Below, in pieces: positions 10,876-17,784 of a stretch of 41,810 nt of DNA. Both the position numbers and the translations under genes were made by a program. The notes below the pieces were generated by a model. The model was not told the origin of the DNA, searched no databases, and was given only the letters and a program-made list of their open reading frames with translations. Each line of letters begins with the position of its first letter. Position 1 is the stretch's first letter. Source of the stretch: an uncultured Dongia sp. (GTDB lineage Bacteria; Pseudomonadota; Alphaproteobacteria; Dongiales; Dongiaceae); the NCBI GenBank assembly GCA_964618305.1, contig CAZUAL010000002.1:1-41810 (forward strand), written 5' to 3'.

Positions 10876-11070
10876 GTGGCTCGGCTGGTCTGGCCGGCCA
10901 GTCGGGCGCAACGCTGGACGGATCGACACGCGCTGGATCGGTCGATCGCCGGCGCCTCCAGCAAATGTAAGAGGACCTTGGACTATTTGTGTTTGGCGAA
11001 GCCGGCGCGGCTATGGGAATGGCATCCTTGGGGCGTCAATTGCCCGCTCGATGACGCCGACATTGTGTCC

Positions 11071-11382
11071 TTAGCCGACCCGATAGATCGCCGTGCCGAT
11101 GATGGTCTCGCCGGGGCCGGTAGGTGGCTGGTTGAAGTTGGAGGCGCGGTCGTCATAGATGCCGACAAACTCGGCGACACGGCCGCATTCCAAGACCCAC
11201 CAGGCGGGAACCGGACGGCCGTCATATATCGCCACCGTCGGTCCGGGGCGCACCGGACTGACCGGGTGCCACTTACCGCCGATGGAAACCGCATTCTTGT
11301 AGGGAAGGATCCGGCATCTGGTCCGACGCCAGATGCGCGTCAGTGTTCGGGTGGCCGAAACCGTTTGTTCTTTGTCGGGCAT
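11071..11382 (-). CDS. Hypothetical protein (103 aa)
   Basis: ORF MPDKEQTVS...GTAIYRVG fills the gap between the nos promoter and the methyltransferase; no recognisable motif. Confidence 0.4.
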   Translation of the reverse strand: MPDKEQTVSATRTLTRIWRRTRCRILPYKNAVSIGGKWHPVSPVRPGPTVAIYDGRPVPAWWVLECGRVAEFVGIYDDRASNFNQPPTGPGETIIGTAIYRVG

Positions 11383-11510
11383 GATCTGGATCGATCGGGT
11401 AACGTTGACTGCCTTTATTGCCGCCGCGGGCGGGCCGCGTGACGCAACGGTGCGGGCAATAGCAGATGGGCGCCATCCCGGCACTGCGACCAAATGACTG
11501 GCGAGGAGCC

Positions 11511-12344
11511 ATGGAACAGGAAAGCCAAATCATCGCGCATTACGATCAGTCGGGGCTGGTTGAACGAATTCTTGCGGCGCTGCAAGCAGCGGGGCTCGAC
11601 ATTGATGAACTCGATGGCGACAGCCTCGCGCCGATTGACGAGTTCCATCTGGGCCGCCGTGAACTCACGGAAATCCTGCTCGGCGACCTGGCACCTTCAC
11701 GTGGCACGCAGGTGCTGGATATCGGGAGCGGCATCGGCGGACCAGCGCGCTACTGTGCCACCCGCTTCGGCTGCCGCGTGGTGGGGCTGGACCTCACGCC
11801 CGCCTATGTGGCGCTCGCTGCCGATCTCACGCGCCGCAGCGGCCTCGATCACCTCGTCTCGTTCGAATGTGGCAGTGCCTTGGCGATGCCGTTCACCGCT
11901 GCAAGCTTCGATGCCGCCTACCAGTTCCATGTCGGCATGAACATCCGCGACAAGAACGCGCTATTCGCGGAGGCGGCAAGAGTACTGAAGCCCAAGGGCC
12001 GCTTGCTGGTCTATGACGTGATGCGGATTGGCGTCGGCGACTTATCCTATCCGATGCCATGGGCCGCCGGCCCGGAGGCAAGCTTTGTCGCAACACCCGT
12101 GGAATACCGCGACGCCTTGGCGCGCGCGGGTCTTCATCTGCTCGGTGAAACAGATCATCGCAGCCGCGTGTCAGCTCAGTTTGCCGCCATGCGGGCGGCG
12201 ATCGCGCGAGATGGGCTGCCGGTCCTTGGCTTGCATACCCTGATCGGTGCGGCCGCCAAGGAGCGGATGGGCAACATCACCGCGGCGGTGGAAGCCGGCC
12301 TGCTTGCGCCTATCGCCATTCTGGCCGAAAAGGACTTCGAATAG
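11511..12344 (+). CDS. Class I SAM-dependent methyltransferase
   Basis: GAGGAG RBS before ATG 11511; motif I VLDIGSGIGGPAR, VVGLDLT, GSALAMPF and RVLKPKG. Confidence 0.88.
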   Translation: MEQESQIIAHYDQSGLVERILAALQAAGLDIDELDGDSLAPIDEFHLGRRELTEILLGDLAPSRGTQVLDIGSGIGGPARYCATRFGCRVVGLDLTPAYVALAADLTRRSGLDHLVSFECGSALAMPFTAASFDAAYQFHVGMNIRDKNALFAEAARVLKPKGRLLVYDVMRIGVGDLSYPMPWAAGPEASFVATPVEYRDALARAGLHLLGETDHRSRVSAQFAAMRAAIARDGLPVLGLHTLIGAAAKERMGNITAAVEAGLLAPIAILAEKDFE

Positions 12345-12407
12345 GATTGCCGATCGGGCGCGAATGCGCGCAATCTCGTGCCCAGTTTCAGCCGGCGCGT
12401 GAGTGTG

Positions 12408-13052
12408 ATGATGAAGATCTATTTCGTTTCGGATGTCTCGTGTCCCTGGTGCGTGATCGGTCTGCGCAGCCTGGAAACGGCGCTGGCGCGGCTTGCCGGG
12501 GAGATCAGCGTCGACATGCAGTTCCGTCCGTTCGAACTCAATCCACATATGGGCCCGAATGGGCAGAATCTCGTCGAGCATATCGGTGAGAAATACGGTG
12601 CCACGCCGGAACAATCAGCCGAGACGCGCGCCATGATCCGCGACCGCGCGGCGGAACTGGGCTTCGACATGCGCATGAACGAGAAGAGCCGCATCTACAA
12701 CACGTTCGACGCCCATCGCCTGCTGCATTGGGCGGACAAGTCAGGCAAGCAGCACGCGTTGAAATTGGCACTCTTCAAAGCGTACTTCACTGACGGCCGG
12801 GACGTCTCCAACCGAGACGTGCTGGTTGAGGTCGCGGCGTCCGTGGGTCTCGATTCTGCCGAGGCGAGGGCCCTTATCGAAGGCGATGCTTTCGCAAAGG
12901 ATGTGCGGACGGAAGAAGCTTATTATCAGAACCAGGGCATTCACGCCGTGCCGGCGATCATCATCAACGAAAAGTATCTCATTTCCGGTGGACAAAAGCC
13001 GGAAGTTTTCGAGCAGGCGTTGCGCGAGATTGCACGCGAAGCGATTGCCTGA
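12408..13052 (+). CDS. DsbA family oxidoreductase (FrnE-like)
   Basis: SDVSCPWC active site, RPFELNP, NTFDAHRLLHWA, GIHAVP and ISGGQ motifs. Confidence 0.92.
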   Translation: MMKIYFVSDVSCPWCVIGLRSLETALARLAGEISVDMQFRPFELNPHMGPNGQNLVEHIGEKYGATPEQSAETRAMIRDRAAELGFDMRMNEKSRIYNTFDAHRLLHWADKSGKQHALKLALFKAYFTDGRDVSNRDVLVEVAASVGLDSAEARALIEGDAFAKDVRTEEAYYQNQGIHAVPAIIINEKYLISGGQKPEVFEQALREIAREAIA

Positions 13053-13205
13053 GGCGCGACACGCGCGAGCATTCTCCCCCTGGTTGTTCATATTACCCTT
13101 CGCCGCCAGTTTGACTGGCGCGATGTTCCCTATGGGCCGGCATCGGCAAGGCCGCACGATGCCAAAAACGCTGGTTCGCGCGCCTTCCACTGCTGCCCAT
13201 CCGTT

Positions 13206-13225
13206 CAATTCACGCCCGTGTCACG
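13206..13225 (+). promoter_or_regulatory. Putative SARP-type operator, copy 1 (TCACG-N6-TCACG)
   Basis: CAATTCACGCCCGTGTCACG, 19/20 identical to 19832-19851; internal direct repeat with 11-bp period; intergenic, upstream of ORF 13337. Confidence 0.6.
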
Positions 13226-13336
13226 CACCCGGTCCTAGAGAGGAGGGACCGAAGACGAGGTGCGAAGGGGCACTGGCTGTGGTGCCTGGCAGTGAAGGCG
13301 CCGGAGCAAGTCTTTGAATCGGGGTAAGAGGGCGAT

Positions 13337-13771
13337 ATGGCACAAGTGAAACTGGCAGTGCGCCGCAAAAGCCAATCCGTGAAGCCCGTTCGGGGTTATC
13401 AGGGCAATGGCGTCGATGGAGAGATTCAAGTCAAGGCATTGGAGGCGTTGGCAACCGCCTACAGCCGGATCATCCGGATTCTCAGCAGTGAAATCGACCG
13501 CACGAAGAAGGATGTGGACCGGATCTCGGATCTCGGCGGGCACATGCGTTGGGTGGCGGAGCGACAGGGGCTCGTGCGCACCGCGCTGCTGGCTGGGCCG
13601 GACTATGTGACCTATGTCTGCGGCGACTGCCGTGATCTGCCGCAGGTCTATTCATTGGCTGAAATGGCGGCGAAGCTTGCCAATGACGGCAATGCATTCC
13701 CGACCACGCTCAACTTGCTGAACTATATCGACGGGGAACTGGGCTGGTCGCAAGCGGCCGGGCACGCATGA
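13337..13771 (+). CDS. Hypothetical protein (144 aa, CxxC motif)
   Basis: AAGAGGG RBS; sole plausible ORF in the gap; contains VCGDCR; no family recognised. Confidence 0.7.
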   Translation: MAQVKLAVRRKSQSVKPVRGYQGNGVDGEIQVKALEALATAYSRIIRILSSEIDRTKKDVDRISDLGGHMRWVAERQGLVRTALLAGPDYVTYVCGDCRDLPQVYSLAEMAAKLANDGNAFPTTLNLLNYIDGELGWSQAAGHA

Positions 13772-13796
13772 CGCCCGACCGGACACCAAAAGCTGA

Positions 13797-14240
13797 CTAC
13801 TCGTCGCGTCCGAGGGAGCGCGCAAGATCGACCAGATGCTTGCGCACCCGCGGATTCTTGATCTGGTAATAGGCGCGGACCAGTTCCAGGGTCTCACGGC
13901 GCGCCATCGGGTCCTTCTGCGCGTCTTCCGTGGCCGGTGCGGCGGCCGGATGCTCACCGCTCTGCGTGGCGAAGTCGGCCTCCATCCCTTCGAAGAAGTA
14001 GGGGATGCCGATATCGAGGACCCGCGCGATGTCGAAGAGGCGGCTTGAACTGACACGGTTCGCGCCGGATTCGTACTTCTGGATCTGCTGGAATGTGAGC
14101 CCGATCGACCTGGCGAGCTTCTCCTGGCTCATCCCGAGCAGGGTTCGACGCAAATGGATCTTCTTCCCAACATGAACATCGATGGGATTGGGAACACCTT
14201 TGCCGGCTGCTGAGCCGGCGCTGCCGCGCGCACGCGCCAT
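13797..14240 (-). CDS. XRE-family HTH transcriptional regulator
   Basis: PNPIDVHVGKKIHLRRTLLGMSQEKLARSIGLTFQQIQKYESGANRVSSSRL, a typical alphaproteobacterial HTH_3 protein. Confidence 0.93.
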   Translation of the reverse strand: MARARGSAGSAAGKGVPNPIDVHVGKKIHLRRTLLGMSQEKLARSIGLTFQQIQKYESGANRVSSSRLFDIARVLDIGIPYFFEGMEADFATQSGEHPAAAPATEDAQKDPMARRETLELVRAYYQIKNPRVRKHLVDLARSLGRDE

Positions 14241-14284
14241 CTTGAAACCTCGTGACTCGGGTCGACGGGAATATTGTCCCGCAA

Positions 14285-14303
14285 AATTAGGCGAGAACTA
14301 ATT
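14285..14303. promoter_or_regulatory. Palindromic putative operator upstream of the XRE gene
   Basis: AATTAG-N7-CTAATT perfect inverted repeat; a second repeat CGGGA-N6-TCCCG lies at 14266-14281. Confidence 0.4.
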
Positions 14304-14323
14304 CCCTGGCCAGCCCCGTGCGC

Positions 14324-15454
14324 TCATTGCTGCGAAGATGGTGCGGAGGGCGGGAAAACCGCGCGCCGAAGGACCTTGCTGGCACAGCGGGGCCCGCCGC
14401 CTGCCCGCGCCAGAGCACTCCAGCCAAAAACGGGCACAATTTCGAACTCGATTTCTTCCCAAATAAGGCGGTTGCGCCGATCGAATTCGGCCAATTCAGG
14501 TTCCAGATCCGAAAATTGCGGCAGCCAGGCGAGTGGGCGCGCCTTCCCGCAATTTGTGCGCGCGTTATTCTCCAGGAACACGTTATTGAAAGGACGCAGG
14601 CTCGGATTCGGGCTGAATTGCGGATGCGCCAGATAGGGCACAGGATTGCGGACGACCGCAAAGCCGTCGGCTAAGAGGCGATTGGCGCTCGCGTCGAGTT
14701 GCTCCGCCCAGCCGGGGACACGCGGTCCATCGGGATCCGGCCCAGCGCGCGGATCCGCCAGGACCAGAAGTGGGCGCCCGTCCCGAGATCTCAGCCCCGT
14801 CACGGACAAGACGAGGTCGACATGATGCGGCTGCTGGCGAAGCTCGGTCGCTGTGCCGGCCTGCGCGGGCAGGGCGAAGCCGAAGACATGCAGCGGCCGA
14901 GGATCGCTCGCGCGATGGCACGCCAGTGCGTCGTCGAAGCTCAGCGGATTGACGCCGACATATCTTGTCTGCTCGACACTCTGCGCGCCGACGATGCGGA
15001 AGTCCGGGCCCATCAGCGTGTTGCCGCCGGTAAGGTGCAGCGGCAGGTCGCTCATGGGTGCCGGCAGTGCGGATGAAAGCCAATCCGCTTGCCGGCCGGG
15101 CCGGTCAGTGAACTTCAGACGATAGAGATGGAGATTGCCGGCGTGGTTCGCCACCATGAAAGGATCCTGCGACCACATCTCGGATTCCATCAGCGGTTCG
15201 TCGGGACCGGCGCCGACAATGGTCAGACGGCACGCGGCATCCATTTCTTCGATCCAACGTTGAAACAGCGGCGCGGCGGGATCGTCCGTCATCAGGAACA
15301 GCTGGATCGGCGACGGCAGGGCTTGAATGAGCTTGGCGAAGGCGCGGGCCTTGCCGTCATCCCGGTGCAGCATCTGGCAAGGTATGGTCATCGCCATGGC
15401 TTCTATCTGGCCGCCGCAATCGGCAACGAAATGCGCTTCAGCGGGTGTGCTCAT
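14324..15454 (-). CDS. Pentein-superfamily guanidino-modifying enzyme (arginine/peptidylarginine deiminase- or amidinotransferase-like)
   Basis: Ordered motifs MWSQD, GGN, HHVD, FNN and C-terminal GGGPRCASK give a candidate Asp-His-Asp-Cys catalytic set; ATGA overlap with tfuA. Confidence 0.75.
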   Translation of the reverse strand: MSTPAEAHFVADCGGQIEAMAMTIPCQMLHRDDGKARAFAKLIQALPSPIQLFLMTDDPAAPLFQRWIEEMDAACRLTIVGAGPDEPLMESEMWSQDPFMVANHAGNLHLYRLKFTDRPGRQADWLSSALPAPMSDLPLHLTGGNTLMGPDFRIVGAQSVEQTRYVGVNPLSFDDALACHRASDPRPLHVFGFALPAQAGTATELRQQPHHVDLVLSVTGLRSRDGRPLLVLADPRAGPDPDGPRVPGWAEQLDASANRLLADGFAVVRNPVPYLAHPQFSPNPSLRPFNNVFLENNARTNCGKARPLAWLPQFSDLEPELAEFDRRNRLIWEEIEFEIVPVFGWSALARAGGGPRCASKVLRRAVFPPSAPSSQQ

Positions 15455-16173
15455 TGGCTGCGCCGCCGCACATCGTCGAGCAATGCGTCAAAGAACATCG
15501 TGTGACTGAAGGGTGCCGGCAGCGATTGCCTCTCGGCGGCAATATCCGATCTGCGCATCGCGTCGATGAGCAGCAGCGCATCGGCCGTCTTGATGGAGAC
15601 GCGGTGCGTTTTGACGAGAGCCAGCGTCCGATCAGCTTCGGGGATGTCGGCGCGGTCGATCAGGAATTGCCAGCTGCGATCCTTGAAGTGCGCGGCCCGC
15701 GCGGCCGCAAGCAGACGCGTGCAACGTTCCGCCGGCAAGAGTCCGGCACTGGTCAAGTTCGCCAGTGTCGCTTCGATGTCGACAAGGGCTTCAGTGAGCG
15801 GTTGGTGACCAAGGCCGGCCGGCCCGTGGACGACGGCCACATCCGCATCGGCCGTCCGCCGCCCGGATAGGTAATCATTGTAGATTTGGCCGATGCCCTG
15901 CATGCCGAAGGCGGCACACTCGGCGGCACGCAAGGCTCCCAAGCTCGCTGCGCCAAAGACAGCGACACCGCGATCGAGCGCGAAGAGGATTTCCTTGTGC
16001 CAGGTCGAGGGGCTGAATTCGAACGTCCCGTCGACCAGGCCAATGACTGTAGCCCCATCGAGCACGGCAGCAAGCAGATCGCCCTTGCCGGCGGGCGGGC
16101 GCAGTTCAATCTCGCCAAGCTCCGTCCCGGGCACGCTGCTAAGGCTGGGGCCGGCGAAGAGGATGCGCCTCAT
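15451..16173 (-). CDS. tfuA: TfuA-like protein (thioamidation partner of YcaO)
   Basis: FAGPSL, RPPAGKGDL, IGLVDG.F, WHKEILFAL, GAASLGALRAAE and DADVAVVHGP motifs; ATGA overlap with ycaO. Confidence 0.95.
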   Translation of the reverse strand: MRRILFAGPSLSSVPGTELGEIELRPPAGKGDLLAAVLDGATVIGLVDGTFEFSPSTWHKEILFALDRGVAVFGAASLGALRAAECAAFGMQGIGQIYNDYLSGRRTADADVAVVHGPAGLGHQPLTEALVDIEATLANLTSAGLLPAERCTRLLAAARAAHFKDRSWQFLIDRADIPEADRTLALVKTHRVSIKTADALLLIDAMRRSDIAAERQSLPAPFSHTMFFDALLDDVRRRSQ

Positions 16174-17351
16174 GTTGCGGCTTTCATGAGAGCATCAAGC
16201 AGGCCCATCCCGCCCTGGCTGATGCCGGCTTCCATGCTGGCACCAAGGTCCGGCACGAGGACACGGAAGACCGAGAAACCGAGGCCCTTCGGCGCCAAGG
16301 GAAAGCAAAAGACGTCGTCGATGCCGGCTCTCGCCAGCCGATGCATGATATCGCGCAGGTTGGCTTCGGGATCACGATGGTCGCAGCACGGAAGGTGACC
16401 CGGAACCAGGTCGAAGCTGGCAAGCGGATCCGCGCTTTGCCGCAGACTGGCGCGGGAGCCGCGATAGACTTGATCTTTGATGTCGTCGCGCGCGCCGGCG
16501 ATATCGGTGGCGCGCGACTGGACGCATTCCAACAATGCGGCCGCGGCGGCCTGATAGGCATCCAAACGGCAGGCGAATCCGGCCGTCAGTGTCGTGCCGA
16601 CACCCTCGTCCGTGGCGACCTGGCGATCCAGAAAGCAGGCAATCACCGGGATGGGCACCCGGCCACCCAAGGCGAAGAACCTTGGCGCAAAACCGGCCTC
16701 GTGGACCAGTGCGATCAGCCGGTCGAGCTCTTCATGCGCTCCCGCGTCATGACGTACGGGCTTGGCAATGGACAATCCCAAGAGATCAAGGGTCGAAGTC
16801 GCATCGTGTTCGATGACTTCGAGCAGCGCGTGCAAGATGGCGGCAGCATCGTTCGCCCCGGCGCCCAAGCCGATGGAGGACATCGCAAAGGCGCCGTGGT
16901 CCCAGGGAGCATTGTGCCGCATGTCGAGGCCGATCAGTTCGTAAGGGGCCGCGACCTTTGACCCAGCACGCAAGGAATGACCTTGCACCCAAGCGAGACC
17001 TTGAGAAGGGTGCAATCGATCGGGCCTGATCCGCATGAGCCTGTCGAAGTCGAGGGGGCGGAGGCCGCGATTCCGCGCCTCTTGGGGCGTGACCTGATAG
17101 ATGACGAGATCCTCGGGCCGCTCCGCGCACGCCCCTTCGGCCGCTTCCATGATGGCGGAGATGCGCGCCTGCCGATCCGTCGCGCCTTTCCCCTGCGAGA
17201 CGGACAAGGCGCGGGCGTTCGGCCGGCAGGCGAACCAGACGGGCAGGCCGACGGTATCGAGCCCGGTCAGATCGCCGACGCGCGTGATGCCCAATTGCCG
17301 GAGCAGGCGCGGATCGGCGATCCCAGTCGCGAATAGATCCTCGTCAGGCAA
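16170..17351 (-). CDS. ycaO: YcaO-family protein, TfuA-associated (thioamide-forming type)
   Basis: GITRVGDLTGLD..G.P, VSQGKG, SAIMEAAE, SSIGLGAG, ALLEVIEHD and ECVQSR...AGARDD motifs; lacks the Pro-rich C-terminus of azoline-forming YcaOs; TTG start. Confidence 0.94.
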   Translation of the reverse strand: MPDEDLFATGIADPRLLRQLGITRVGDLTGLDTVGLPVWFACRPNARALSVSQGKGATDRQARISAIMEAAEGACAERPEDLVIYQVTPQEARNRGLRPLDFDRLMRIRPDRLHPSQGLAWVQGHSLRAGSKVAAPYELIGLDMRHNAPWDHGAFAMSSIGLGAGANDAAAILHALLEVIEHDATSTLDLLGLSIAKPVRHDAGAHEELDRLIALVHEAGFAPRFFALGGRVPIPVIACFLDRQVATDEGVGTTLTAGFACRLDAYQAAAAALLECVQSRATDIAGARDDIKDQVYRGSRASLRQSADPLASFDLVPGHLPCCDHRDPEANLRDIMHRLARAGIDDVFCFPLAPKGLGFSVFRVLVPDLGASMEAGISQGGMGLLDALMKAAT

Positions 17352-17360
17352 AGACCGGAC

Positions 17361-17771
17361 TTAGACGAGCTGACCGTCTTTGAGCTGCGTGTCGGGCGGC
17401 AGAGACGGATTGAGATCGGCCAGAGCGCTGGAAAGTGGGGCGGCAACCCAACGGGTGGTCGCCCAGTCCGTGTCGTCCACTTCTGCGACAAAGCAGAAGT
17501 CGGCATCGGAAACCGTGGCGCCCTTGGCGATCATCTGGCCGAGCGCCTGATAGGTGGTGTCGACGTCCGGGAAAGACTGTGCAACTTCGGTTTTGTTGAT
17601 CATGGCCTTTGCGCCGGCCGCCACCTGCGCGAACGCCGCGTCAAAGCTGGTGCCATGCTGGGTGGCATAGGCTTCTATTGTCGCCTTGCTGATATGCGTC
17701 AACTTGAGTGGATCAGTCTTGACGAAGAGAACGCCAATATTCCGATCCCCAATCACATAAAGTCTAGCCAT
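17361..17771 (-). CDS. Hypothetical protein (136 aa), candidate substrate or partner of YcaO-TfuA
   Basis: Fills the gap between the regulator and ycaO on the same strand; GGGGG RBS before ATG 17771 (alternative start 17783); ends 9 bp before ycaO. Confidence 0.8.
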   Translation of the reverse strand: MARLYVIGDRNIGVLFVKTDPLKLTHISKATIEAYATQHGTSFDAAFAQVAAGAKAMINKTEVAQSFPDVDTTYQALGQMIAKGATVSDADFCFVAEVDDTDWATTRWVAAPLSSALADLNPSLPPDTQLKDGQLV

Positions 17772-17784
17772 TGCGACCCCCATG

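Noticed and set aside
13260-13295. Tiny GTG-started ORF (MRRGTGCGAWQ) downstream of the operator, as a possible RiPP precursor
   Set aside because: Only 11 codons, no leader region, and no supporting evidence without conservation data.
16170-17351. YcaO as an azoline-forming cyclodehydratase (TOMM/LAP cluster)
   Set aside because: No E1-like partner, no flavin dehydrogenase and no Pro-rich C-terminus; the adjacent tfuA indicates thioamidation.
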